Part shown: in pieces, positions 42,373 to 51,453 of the stretch
Layout: every line of letters starts with the position of its first letter
Numbering within the stretch: position 1 is the stretch's first letter
NCBI GenBank assembly: GCA_903850505.1
Contig: CAINLT010000546.1
Coordinates: 3,849-67,848 of the forward strand
Reading direction: 5' to 3'
Origin: an uncultured Myxococcales bacterium
Lineage (GTDB): Bacteria; Myxococcota_A; UBA9042
DNA length: 64,000 bases
The notes under the pieces: generated by a model
Told to the model about the DNA's origin: nothing
The model's input: only the letters and a program-made list of their open reading frames with translations
Databases searched by the model: none
Position numbers and translations under genes: made by a program

Positions 42373-43809
42373 GTGTCCACAGCCCTTGCCGCCGCGTTGC
42401 AGTATTTTGGCCGGTTTGGTGTCGATGAATCGCTGATTCGCACGGCGTTGTCAGCGGCGTTGGCGCGCGGCGGGGATCGCGCCGACGTCTATTTTCAGCA
42501 CCGCGTCGCGCATTCGCTCGGCCTGGAGGACGGCGCGGTCAATCGCGCGTGGTCCGGCATTGAGCTGGGCGTGGGTATTCGCGTGTTGCGCGGCGATCAA
42601 ACGGGGTACGGCTACACGGAGGACCTGTCGCCGGAGTCCGTGCGTCAAGCAGCGCTGACTGCCGCGGCGATTGCCGATGGGCCAGCGCGCGATCGCCCGA
42701 TTCCGCAGCTTGTGGTGACGGCGATTCCGCAGCGCTATCCGGCCAAGACGCCGTGGGACAAGGTGGCTGCCGCGACGCGCCTGCCGCTCCTGCAGCGGGT
42801 GCAAGAGCGCGCGCACGCGGCCGATCCGCGTGTGCAGAAGGTCACCGTGCATTTCTCCGACGAGGAAGGCGCCGTGCTGATGGTCGATAGCGACGGTCGC
42901 GTGGCGTTTGACGAACAGCCGATGACGCTCATTCACCTCTCCTGCATGGCCGAGGAGAACGGGCGACGCGAGTCCAATGGCGGCAATATCGCTGGGCGCG
43001 CCGGGCTGGAGTTCTACACGGACGCCAAGCTGGACAAGCTGGTCAAGGACGCCGTGGATCGCACGACGATCCTGTTTGAAGCCGGCCAGCCGCCCGCGGG
43101 TGAGATGCCCGTGGTGCTGGGCGCAGGCAGTTCCGGCATCCTGCTGCACGAGGCGATCGGCCACGGCTTGGAAGCGGACTTCAACCGCAAAGGCGTGTCG
43201 ATCTACGCCGACAAATTGGGCAAGTCGATCGCCGCGCCGTTTGTCACCGTTGTCGATGACGCCACGAACGAAGGTGCGCGCGGCGCCATCAATATCGACG
43301 ACGAAGGCAACGCCGCTGGTGTCACCACACTCATCCACGACGGCGTCCTGCAAACCTACCTGCACGACAGCATTTCCGCCCGCCACTACGGCGTTGCGCC
43401 GACGGGCAACGGCCGGCGCGAAAGTTTCCGCCACGCGCCACTCCCGCGCATGCGCTCGACGTACATGCTGCCCGGACCGCATACGCCCGAGGAAATCATC
43501 GCTTCGGTGGAGCGCGGGATTTATTGCGGCAACTTCGCCAACGGCCAGGTGCAAATCGGCGCGGGCGACTTCACGTTTTATGTCAAGAACGGCTGGCTGA
43601 TCGAGAACGGCAAGCTCACGCGGCCGATCAAGGACGTCAACCTGATTGGCAACGGCCCCAAGGTGCTGGAGCAGATCGACATGGTCGGCAACGACCTGAA
43701 AATCGACGACGGCGGCTGGACTTGCGGCAAGGACGGCCAATCGGTGCCGGTATCGCAAGGGATGCCGACCACGCGCGTGCGCGCCATGACCGTTGGCGGG
43801 CGAGGTTGA
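42373..43809 (+). CDS. tldD: TldD metalloprotease
   Basis: 478 aa with a GTG start: ADVYFQHR..., LLHEAIGHGLEADF (HExxxH), GNGRRESFRHAPLPRMRSTY. Confidence 0.88.
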   Translation: MSTALAAALQYFGRFGVDESLIRTALSAALARGGDRADVYFQHRVAHSLGLEDGAVNRAWSGIELGVGIRVLRGDQTGYGYTEDLSPESVRQAALTAAAIADGPARDRPIPQLVVTAIPQRYPAKTPWDKVAAATRLPLLQRVQERAHAADPRVQKVTVHFSDEEGAVLMVDSDGRVAFDEQPMTLIHLSCMAEENGRRESNGGNIAGRAGLEFYTDAKLDKLVKDAVDRTTILFEAGQPPAGEMPVVLGAGSSGILLHEAIGHGLEADFNRKGVSIYADKLGKSIAAPFVTVVDDATNEGARGAINIDDEGNAAGVTTLIHDGVLQTYLHDSISARHYGVAPTGNGRRESFRHAPLPRMRSTYMLPGPHTPEEIIASVERGIYCGNFANGQVQIGAGDFTFYVKNGWLIENGKLTRPIKDVNLIGNGPKVLEQIDMVGNDLKIDDGGWTCGKDGQSVPVSQGMPTTRVRAMTVGGRG

Positions 43810-43811
43810 AG

Positions 43812-45125
43812 ATGCTGGATATCGCGGGAAAAGTGGTGGAACGCGCGCAGGTTCACGGCGCGCAGCAGGCAGCGGCGAGCGCGTATCAAGTGCGCGAAGT
43901 GTCCGTGCAGTGGCGCGATGGCGCGGTAGAAAAACTGACCGAAGCGACGACGCGCGGTGTGGGCGTGGAGCTGTACGTCGATGGCCGGTACGCGTCGGTG
44001 TCGACGAGCGACCTGCGGCCGGAAGCGCTGGACACGTTCCTGGCCGACGCGGTGGCGATGACGCGCGCGCTGGCGGAGGACCCGTTCCGCTCGCTGCCCG
44101 ATCCGCACCTGTACACGGGGCAAGCAAGCGTCGATTTGCAGCTGGCCGACCCGCATTACGCCAACCTGACGGCCGTGCAGCGCCGCGATCTGGCGCAGCA
44201 GCTGGAAGTGGCGGCGCGCAACACGACGGACGGCGCGCGCATCCTGTCCGTGACCACGAGCGTGTCCGACAGCCAGAGCCAAGCGTGGCGCGTGCATTCT
44301 GACGGGTTCGCCGGCGAGAAGGCGGGCACAAGCTACTGGCTGGGCGCGGAAGTGAGCGTGCAGGATCCCGATGGCCGACGCCCGGAAGACGCGTGCTACG
44401 CCGGCGGGCGCTGGCGCGGCGACGTCCCGGATCCGCAAGGCATCGGCGAAGAAGCGACGCGGCGGACGCTCAGTCGGCTGGGATCGCAGAAGCCGGCGTC
44501 GGGACAGATGACGCTGCTCGTGGACGCGCGCGCGGCGGGCCGCATGGTGTCGTCGCTGCTGGGTGGCCTCTCGGCGTCGGGCTGGCAGCAGAAGCGGTCG
44601 TTCCTGGAGGGCAAGCTCGGCCAGGCGATCGGCAATAACCTGCTAGACATCACGGACGATCCGCTGGTGGTGCGCGGGCTGGGCTCGCGGCGTTTTGACG
44701 GCGAAGGGATGGCCTCGCACGCGATGCCGCTGTTCGCGGACGGCGTGATGCAGAACGGCTTCATCGACACGTATTACGGCAAGAAGCTGCAGATGGCGCC
44801 GACGACCGGCCGGATGTCCAACCTGCGCTGGCGGCTCGGCGACAAGGACCGCGCGGCGCTGCTGCAGGACGTCGGCGACGGCATCCTCGTCACCGGCTTC
44901 CTCGGCGGCAACGCCAACGGCACGACCGGCGACTTCTCATGGGGCATCCAGGGCTTCGCCATTCGCGGCGGCCAGGTCGCGGAGCCGATCGGCGAGGCCA
45001 ACATCTCCGGCAACCACCTGACGCTCTGGCCATCGCTGCTGGCCGTGGGCGACGACCCGTACCGCTACTCCGCGCTCGGCACGCCGACCCTGGTGTTTGG
45101 CGGCGTCAACGTCGCGGGCAAGTAG
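43812..45125 (+). CDS. pmbA: PmbA/TldE protease partner
   Basis: 437 aa from ATG 43812, 2 nt after the tldD stop: GVGVELYVDGRYASVSTSDL..., FDGEGMAS..., NGTTGDFSWGIQGF. Confidence 0.85.
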   Translation: MLDIAGKVVERAQVHGAQQAAASAYQVREVSVQWRDGAVEKLTEATTRGVGVELYVDGRYASVSTSDLRPEALDTFLADAVAMTRALAEDPFRSLPDPHLYTGQASVDLQLADPHYANLTAVQRRDLAQQLEVAARNTTDGARILSVTTSVSDSQSQAWRVHSDGFAGEKAGTSYWLGAEVSVQDPDGRRPEDACYAGGRWRGDVPDPQGIGEEATRRTLSRLGSQKPASGQMTLLVDARAAGRMVSSLLGGLSASGWQQKRSFLEGKLGQAIGNNLLDITDDPLVVRGLGSRRFDGEGMASHAMPLFADGVMQNGFIDTYYGKKLQMAPTTGRMSNLRWRLGDKDRAALLQDVGDGILVTGFLGGNANGTTGDFSWGIQGFAIRGGQVAEPIGEANISGNHLTLWPSLLAVGDDPYRYSALGTPTLVFGGVNVAGK

Positions 45126-45142
45126 CGGGAGATTGCGCGCGG

Positions 45143-45676
45143 CTAGTGGACTTCGGCCGCCGTCTTCATCGCCGCGAGGCCCGCTTCAAAATCCGGCCCG
45201 ACCATCGCATCCATCATCAGGCCAAAAACCTTCTGCATCATCCCTTCCGACTCGCCCTCCATGCGCCAGAACACGGTCGTCTTGCCGCCGTTCTCGACAA
45301 AGGTAAAGCGTGAGTCGTTGGTGAACGGCCCCGGCTCGAGGAACTCCAGCTTGATGCGCAGTTCGCGGTTCGGCTCGGCGGCCAACATCGTCATGCGGCC
45401 CTTGCCAACATCCTTGTTGCCCTGCCATTCGTAGATCTGCCCCACGCCGGTCGTCGCGCCGGCGTAGGTCTTCTTCATCGCGAGGTCTTTCTTCTCCCAC
45501 GGCGACCACTTGGGCCATTCGTGGAAATCCGCCACCAGCGGGTAGATCTTCGCCGCCGGCGCGCTCATCTCCGCGCTGCGCGAGATGGCGAAGTGACTCG
45601 GCCGCGTCGCGACGAAGATCATCAGGCCAAGAACGAGCACCCCGAGCACCAGCAGAATCTTTTGCCACAGCTTCAT
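45143..45676 (-). CDS. membrane-anchored SRPBCC (START/polyketide-cyclase-like) family protein
   Basis: 177 aa with an N-terminal TM helix, then PAAKIYPLVADFHEWPKWSPW... Confidence 0.65.
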   Translation of the reverse strand: MKLWQKILLVLGVLVLGLMIFVATRPSHFAISRSAEMSAPAAKIYPLVADFHEWPKWSPWEKKDLAMKKTYAGATTGVGQIYEWQGNKDVGKGRMTMLAAEPNRELRIKLEFLEPGPFTNDSRFTFVENGGKTTVFWRMEGESEGMMQKVFGLMMDAMVGPDFEAGLAAMKTAAEVH

Positions 45677-45718
45677 GATGCGCTCCCCCTTGATTTTCTG
45701 GCGATTGCGGCCGCGGCC

Positions 45719-47503
45719 CTACTGGTACAGCGACTCGATCTGCGTACCGTACTTCTCGCGAATCACCTTGCGCTTCATCTTCATCGTCGGCGTCAGTTCA
45801 CCGCCGTCAATCGTGAATTCATTGGTGATAATCACCCAGCGCTTGATCGACTGCACTTGCGCGAGCTTGCCGTTGATCTGGTCGATTTCGCCTTGCAGGA
45901 AACGCCGGAACGTCTCGTCCTGCGCCGCCGACGTTACGTCGCGCGCGCTGGAGCCGATCTGCTGACAAATCGCCGGCACTTTCTCCGGATCGAGCGTCAG
46001 GAGCGCGCCCAGGTACTTGCGCGCATCGCCGACCACGCACGCCTGCGCGACGACTGGAATGCCCTTCAGCAGGCCTTCCAGCACCTGTGGCGCGATGTTT
46101 TCGCCGCCCGCGGTAATCAGCAGATCCTTCTTGCGGTCGGTGATTTGCAGCAGCCCGCGATCGTCAATCGTGCCGATGTCGCCCGAGTGCAGCCAGGCGT
46201 CGCCGTCGATCGCCTCCGCCGTCGCGTCCGGGTTCTTGAGGTAGCCCTTGAAGACGTTGCGGCCACGCAGGCAAATCTCGCCGTCGGGGAAGATCTTCAC
46301 TTCCGTGCCCGGGAGCGCGTAGCCAGCCTTGCCGGTCGCCCACTTGTCGGGCGAGGAAATCGTGCCGGGACCGGTGCATTCGGACATGCCAAAGACTTCG
46401 TAAATCACGATGTCGAGCGACAGAAAGAACTCCAGCGTCGAACGCGAAATCGGCGCCGCGGACGTCACCTGGATGCGGCAACGGTCCAGACCGAGCGCCT
46501 GCTTGACCTTGGAAAACACCAGCTTGCCAGCCAGTCCGTAGAGCGCAGGAGTCGGTTCACCGCGCTGTTTCGCAAAGCCAGCCTGCAAGCCGACGCCGCG
46601 CGCCCACTTGGCGATCGCCTTCTTGATCGGCGAATTCTGCGCGCCCGCCGATTCCATCTTGGCCTGAATCTTCTCCCAGACGCGCGGCACGCCGAGGAAG
46701 TACGTCGGCCGCACTTCCTTCAGGTTCTCGCCGAGCTTGTCCAGGCTCTCCGCAAACCAGATGCACGCCGCGGCCGCCATCGGGCCATGGATCGCGGTGA
46801 TTTGCTCGGCAACGTGGGAGAGCGGCAGGTAGCTGAGGCCGTCGTCGCCTGCATTGACGCCCAGCGACCGCAGGGTCGTGCGCGCGGTCCACGTCAGGTT
46901 GTCGTGGCTGATCATCACGGCCTTCGGGTTGCCCGTCGTGCCCGAGGTGTAGATCAGCGTGCAGACATCGTCCGGTCCCTGCGCGGCGATGCGCGCGTCC
47001 AGGTCAGCTTCCGCGACGTTGCCGCCGAGCTCCAGCAGCTTGTCCCAGGAGATGACGCGCGGATCGGTGTCGCTGCCGTACATCATCACGATGTGCTTGA
47101 GGCTGGGCATGTCCGCCCACGCTTCCTTGAACTTTGCGAGCTGCTTGGCGTCTTCCACGACGGCGATCGGCGACTCGGCATGGGCGACGATGTACGCGCA
47201 CTGCTCCGGGCTGTTGGTCGTGTAGATGCCTGCCGGGATGCCGCCTGCGAGGATCGCGCCGATGTCGCTGAAGAACCACTGCGGGCAGTTGTAGCCGATG
47301 ATTGCCACGCCCTGCTTGGGTTCCAGTCCGAGCGCCATGAAGCCGCGTCCGGCGAGCCGCGCGTGTTCCCGGTACTCTTTCCAGGTGTACGCTTGCCACA
47401 TCCCGTCGCGTTTCACCTTGATCGCGGGCTGATCCGCGTAGGCGCGAACGGTGGCGTCCAGCACTTCATTGACTTTGAGCTTTGCGGCGTTGTCTGCGGT
47501 CAT
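45719..47503 (-). CDS. long-chain acyl-CoA ligase (AMP-forming)
   Basis: 594 aa from ATG 47503, with an AAGGGGAG RBS. AMP-binding motif: LIYTSGTTGNPKAVMISH. Also GEICLRG, LHSGDIG, ITDRKKDLLITAGGENI. Confidence 0.88.
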   Translation of the reverse strand: MTADNAAKLKVNEVLDATVRAYADQPAIKVKRDGMWQAYTWKEYREHARLAGRGFMALGLEPKQGVAIIGYNCPQWFFSDIGAILAGGIPAGIYTTNSPEQCAYIVAHAESPIAVVEDAKQLAKFKEAWADMPSLKHIVMMYGSDTDPRVISWDKLLELGGNVAEADLDARIAAQGPDDVCTLIYTSGTTGNPKAVMISHDNLTWTARTTLRSLGVNAGDDGLSYLPLSHVAEQITAIHGPMAAAACIWFAESLDKLGENLKEVRPTYFLGVPRVWEKIQAKMESAGAQNSPIKKAIAKWARGVGLQAGFAKQRGEPTPALYGLAGKLVFSKVKQALGLDRCRIQVTSAAPISRSTLEFFLSLDIVIYEVFGMSECTGPGTISSPDKWATGKAGYALPGTEVKIFPDGEICLRGRNVFKGYLKNPDATAEAIDGDAWLHSGDIGTIDDRGLLQITDRKKDLLITAGGENIAPQVLEGLLKGIPVVAQACVVGDARKYLGALLTLDPEKVPAICQQIGSSARDVTSAAQDETFRRFLQGEIDQINGKLAQVQSIKRWVIITNEFTIDGGELTPTMKMKRKVIREKYGTQIESLYQ

Positions 47504-47675
47504 GGTCTCCCCTTCTTCTCCCGATAGGCCGCCTTGGTCTAACACGATGACCGCCAGCGAGCAACCCTGCGCCCGTCGCGTGAGCGTCACAACTCCGCTG
47601 CTTCCTTGACCCAATCGCCACCGCGGCACTACCCTGCTGACGCTGCCGACTGAGTGGCGGCGTTTGGCCTTCCCC

Positions 47676-48602
47676 ATGCCACATCCCGGCGAAGCGTACG
47701 CAGTGCCGATCCTGCACGCGAGTGACTTTGGCAACAACATTGAGTGGTTCTACGCCCGGCACGCGCACCATCCGGTGATTGTCCGCGGCGCGCTGGCGGA
47801 GAGCCCAGGCGTCGCTGAGCTCGATCGCCCCGCCATCGAGAAGTTGCTCCACGGCTTTGACCTCTGGGCCTACGATTCGGCCACCTTGACCCGCGGCGAA
47901 TACGTCAAGGCGGACGTGCTCTTTGCCGACATGGCAGCCGGGCAGGCGCGCTTCAACGTCGTGGATCACTCGATCCTGGAAACGCCGCTGGCCGATCGCT
48001 TCCATCCGCCGGCGTTCCTGCGCCACAACTGGTTTGCCGGCAGCCCGCACGACACCGACCGCTTCGTGGCGAGCGTCAACTGCTCCGTCCGCGACAGCTA
48101 CTCGCCGATCCACGTCGACCCGTACGGGATGCAGGGCTGGATGTGCCTCCTGTTTGGCCGCAAGCGCTGGCGGCTCTACGCGCCGGAACAGATTCCGCTG
48201 CTCTACGACATGACTTCGCGGCGCTTCTTCCACCGCCGATTTGACGCGCCCGCGAAGTTCCCGCTGCTGGAGATGGCGGATTACTGGGAATGCGAGATTG
48301 CCGCTGGCGATTTGCTCTACTTCCCCGCCGGCTGGGCGCACGAGGTCGTGACCTTTGAGGAGAGCTTCGGCATCGGCGGCGCGATCGTCAACGATTTTCA
48401 AGTGATTGAAAGCACGCGCAGCTGGCTGTGGGAATACTCGCAGTCCGGGCCAGGCGATTTTGACTTTATCGAGTTTCTCGCGGCAGGCGCCGCAACCCGA
48501 CCGCGCACGCCCGATTGCGCATCCCGCACGGCCGCCGCGATTCAACTCTTTGCTGATTGGCAAGCATTGCCCGCGGCGAGTCGCTATGGCGGCGCAGGCT
48601 GA
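47676..48602 (+). CDS. JmjC/cupin-8-like Fe(II)/2OG-oxygenase fold protein
   Basis: It carries the HVD...H triad pattern (YSPIHVDPYG ... GWAHEVV) and GDLLYFPAGW. The start could be ATG 47676 or TTG 47664. Confidence 0.6.
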   Translation: MPHPGEAYAVPILHASDFGNNIEWFYARHAHHPVIVRGALAESPGVAELDRPAIEKLLHGFDLWAYDSATLTRGEYVKADVLFADMAAGQARFNVVDHSILETPLADRFHPPAFLRHNWFAGSPHDTDRFVASVNCSVRDSYSPIHVDPYGMQGWMCLLFGRKRWRLYAPEQIPLLYDMTSRRFFHRRFDAPAKFPLLEMADYWECEIAAGDLLYFPAGWAHEVVTFEESFGIGGAIVNDFQVIESTRSWLWEYSQSGPGDFDFIEFLAAGAATRPRTPDCASRTAAAIQLFADWQALPAASRYGGAG

Positions 48603-49518
48603 TAAGGACGACATGACGGACTTTGCAAAAATGGCGCAATCGCAGCGGACGCTGATGGTTCGCTTGGAACAGCTCCTGTTTCTCTTGCACCAGAAGGAGC
48701 TGGTCTATTGGCCGGACTGGGGCACGCTGCTGGGCGCAGAACGCCACCGGAACGTGATTCCGTGGGACTACGACGTCGACCTGTGCATGCCGGCGGCGGA
48801 CTATCAGAAGCTCATTGGCATTTTTGAAGCGTCCGGCGGGCGGATCGGCGAGCTGGTGCTGCACAAGGACTACTACGAGGATCCCGAAGGCGCGTGCGCG
48901 ATCCTGTTCGCTGACGTGCCGGATGGCTCGCTGGGCATCGATCTGGTCAGCTACAACCAAATCGACGCGACGCTGAAGAACGCGATGAGCGCCAAGCTGC
49001 AGGCGGATTATCCGGGCAACTACGACTTTCCGGTGGCGCAGGTCCTGCCGCTGCGGTGGGGCCATCTGCTGGGGCTGCCGGTGCTGTTGCCGCAGCAGTC
49101 GGTGGCGCGCCTGGACGGGCTGTTCGGCGACTGGCGGGCGTTTCCGGAGGGCGAACAGGCTTCAGCGCTGACGGAGCCGCCGTTCCGGGTGATTCCGGAC
49201 GCAGACAGCGCCGACAAGACGACGGGACCGCGGATCGTCCGCGGCGGGCGGCCGTTGACGGGCAACGCCTGGGCGAATCCAGGCTACGTCACGGGCACGC
49301 GCATGGTGCGCTGGCTGGCGCAGGCGGACGCGCGCGCGCAGGGGTTGGCAGTGGCGGATCTGCAGGAGACCACGTTCACCGACCTGGTCTTCCGCAACGA
49401 CCGCGCGCTGTGGGGCAAAGTCTGGATCGCCACGCTGTTTCCCGGCGATCGGCTGATGAGCGAAGTGGCCGGCCTGAGCGTGGAAGGCGGCTGCTTTGGC
49501 TCGGCGGACGGCGGCTAG
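48586..49518 (+). CDS. LicD-family phosphotransferase
   Basis: WPDWGTLLGAERHRNVIPWDYDVDLCM is the LicD signature. ATG 48586 overlaps the JmjC gene by 17 nt; ATG 48613 is the alternative start. Confidence 0.78.
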   Translation: MAAQADKDDMTDFAKMAQSQRTLMVRLEQLLFLLHQKELVYWPDWGTLLGAERHRNVIPWDYDVDLCMPAADYQKLIGIFEASGGRIGELVLHKDYYEDPEGACAILFADVPDGSLGIDLVSYNQIDATLKNAMSAKLQADYPGNYDFPVAQVLPLRWGHLLGLPVLLPQQSVARLDGLFGDWRAFPEGEQASALTEPPFRVIPDADSADKTTGPRIVRGGRPLTGNAWANPGYVTGTRMVRWLAQADARAQGLAVADLQETTFTDLVFRNDRALWGKVWIATLFPGDRLMSEVAGLSVEGGCFGSADGG

Positions 49519-51453
49519 TTTTTCACGCGCTTCGCCACAAGATTGGCCTCGCGACACGCGGCGTACGCGCGCACCACACGGCGCAAATCGCCAAACTTCT
49601 CCACCGGAACCAGTCCGGACGGCAGCGTCATTTCCCGCGTCCACGTCCAATCCTTGTCGGCGTGGCCCGCGTAGCACTTGGCCGTGAAGCCACCGGCTGT
49701 CACCGCAACGTCCGGCGGCGGCTCATGGACGGCAAAGCCCGGCGGCAACTCCACGGTCAACACTTCCTGCTCGTTCACCGGCATGTCGATGAGCGCCGGA
49801 CCGCGACGCGGCGCCTCGGACGCAAACAGTTTGGCAAACCGGTCGCCGACGAGCGACAGCGACAGCAGCAACTGCTCGCCTGCGACGTTCGCCGCCTGCG
49901 GCACGTGGAATTGCAGCTTGCGCGTGCACTTCACCGCCTGCGCATCGCACTGCAGCAGCCCGAGCTTGTCCGCCTCCCCAACGGGCATCGCGCGCCCGCA
50001 TGGCGTCCTCGGCATCCTTGCGGCGGTCGACGTCCGTCCACGTCCGCGTCTGCCGCAGCCGCACCATCGCCGCGGCGCCGGTGTGCGTCGTCTTCATCTC
50101 GACGTTCGCCAGTCCAGCCGCGTCGATCGCCATCCGCGTGCGGCTCGACGTGAGTCCGTCCATGCGCAGCGTTCCGGTCACCGGCAACACCTTGGCGATG
50201 GCTTCCGCGCCGCCATAGCGCGCCTTGGCCGTGAACGTCACCGCCGTCGCATCGCGCAGCCAGAACGGCAATTCGCCCGGCGCGCAGGCCTCGCAGCTCG
50301 GATCCAGCCAGCGCTCCGGACCTTTGACCGCCGGAACGTAGAGGATCAGGTGGTTCAGCCAGCTCGTCGACGGCTGCGCCGCGTCAAAGAAGTTCGTCCC
50401 CGTGCGCGTGACCGCCGCGAAATGCGCGTGGATGCCCGCCGCGTCGAGCGCCGCCCACAGCAACACCGTCTTCTCCGCCGCCGTCCCGTTCGTGCTCAGG
50501 ATCGCCCCAGGCGCGCGCGGCGTGTCCCAGCCGTCAAAACTGGTCAGCCGCATGTTGTCGCGGATGCGCACAAACAGCCGGTCAATCACCGCGTCGCGCT
50601 CGCCGGTCAGATCCACTTTCAGCGCGTCCGGCGCGAGCTTGGGCTGGTCGATGTAGAGCCGCTGCGCCAGCTTGCCCAGCACCTCATTCCAGTCGCGCTC
50701 GTACGGAAAGACGTAGCCGTCAATCGGATAGGCCGTGATGCGCAGGATCCAGAACGGGTCGCGCAGGTGCGGGGGCGCCGTCCACTCCTCGTCCGGATTG
50801 GCGCGAATGTCGCGCGCGTCCAGCGCCAGGTGCTGGGTGTCACCCTCGCGCGTCTTGGTCCAGTCCGTCGCCAGCCGATACACCTTCGTCGCCGACGCGA
50901 CAACGTCGGGCAGCCACACGTCCGCGTGATAGTGCCGCACCGGAATCGCCTCGGAAATCTCGTCCCGCCAGCCGCTCAGCGCGCTCTCCCAGTGCTTCAC
51001 GGTGATGACTTCCAGGATGCTGCCGACGCTGACGTTGGGAAATCGGAAGATACGCGCCTTGAACGCCTTGTCGCCGCCGAGGCTCCCGTCCGTCTCCACG
51101 GTCTCGGCGGGCGTCACGTCGCGGATCGTCCCGTCCGGCAGGAGCGTCCGCGCCCGCAGCGAGAAATTCGCCTTGGGATCGTACGCGACGCGCATGTTGG
51201 CCAGGTCGATGCCCGCTTCCGCGCGAACCAGCACCGCCCGATGCCCGACGATTTCCAGCTGCGCGCGGTTGCGACCTTCCACGTACGTCGCCACGCGCTC
51301 GTGTTTTTCCAAGGCCACGGCCACGGCTTCACGGTCCGTTTCAGCGGCCGCTGCGGCGCGCAAACCCGCGGCGTCAAACCACGCTTCATCGATGTGCGCT
51401 GCGCACGCGGATGCGCTGCACGCGAGAACAAGGACCAGGGCACGCGCGTTCAT
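49515..51453 (-). pseudogene. DUF3857/transglutaminase-like/DUF3858-type lipoprotein, reading frame broken near 49975-50015
   Basis: The N-terminal approximately 480 aa (MNARALVLVLACSASAC...) lie in the frame of track ORF 49723..51675. The C-terminal approximately 155 aa (PVGEADKLGLLQCDAQAVKC...VLTVELPPGFAVHEPPPDV...) lie in the frame of ORF 49515..50015. Together they are colinear with the upstream paralog, whose stop overlaps ATG 51453 (ATGA). Confidence 0.7.
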
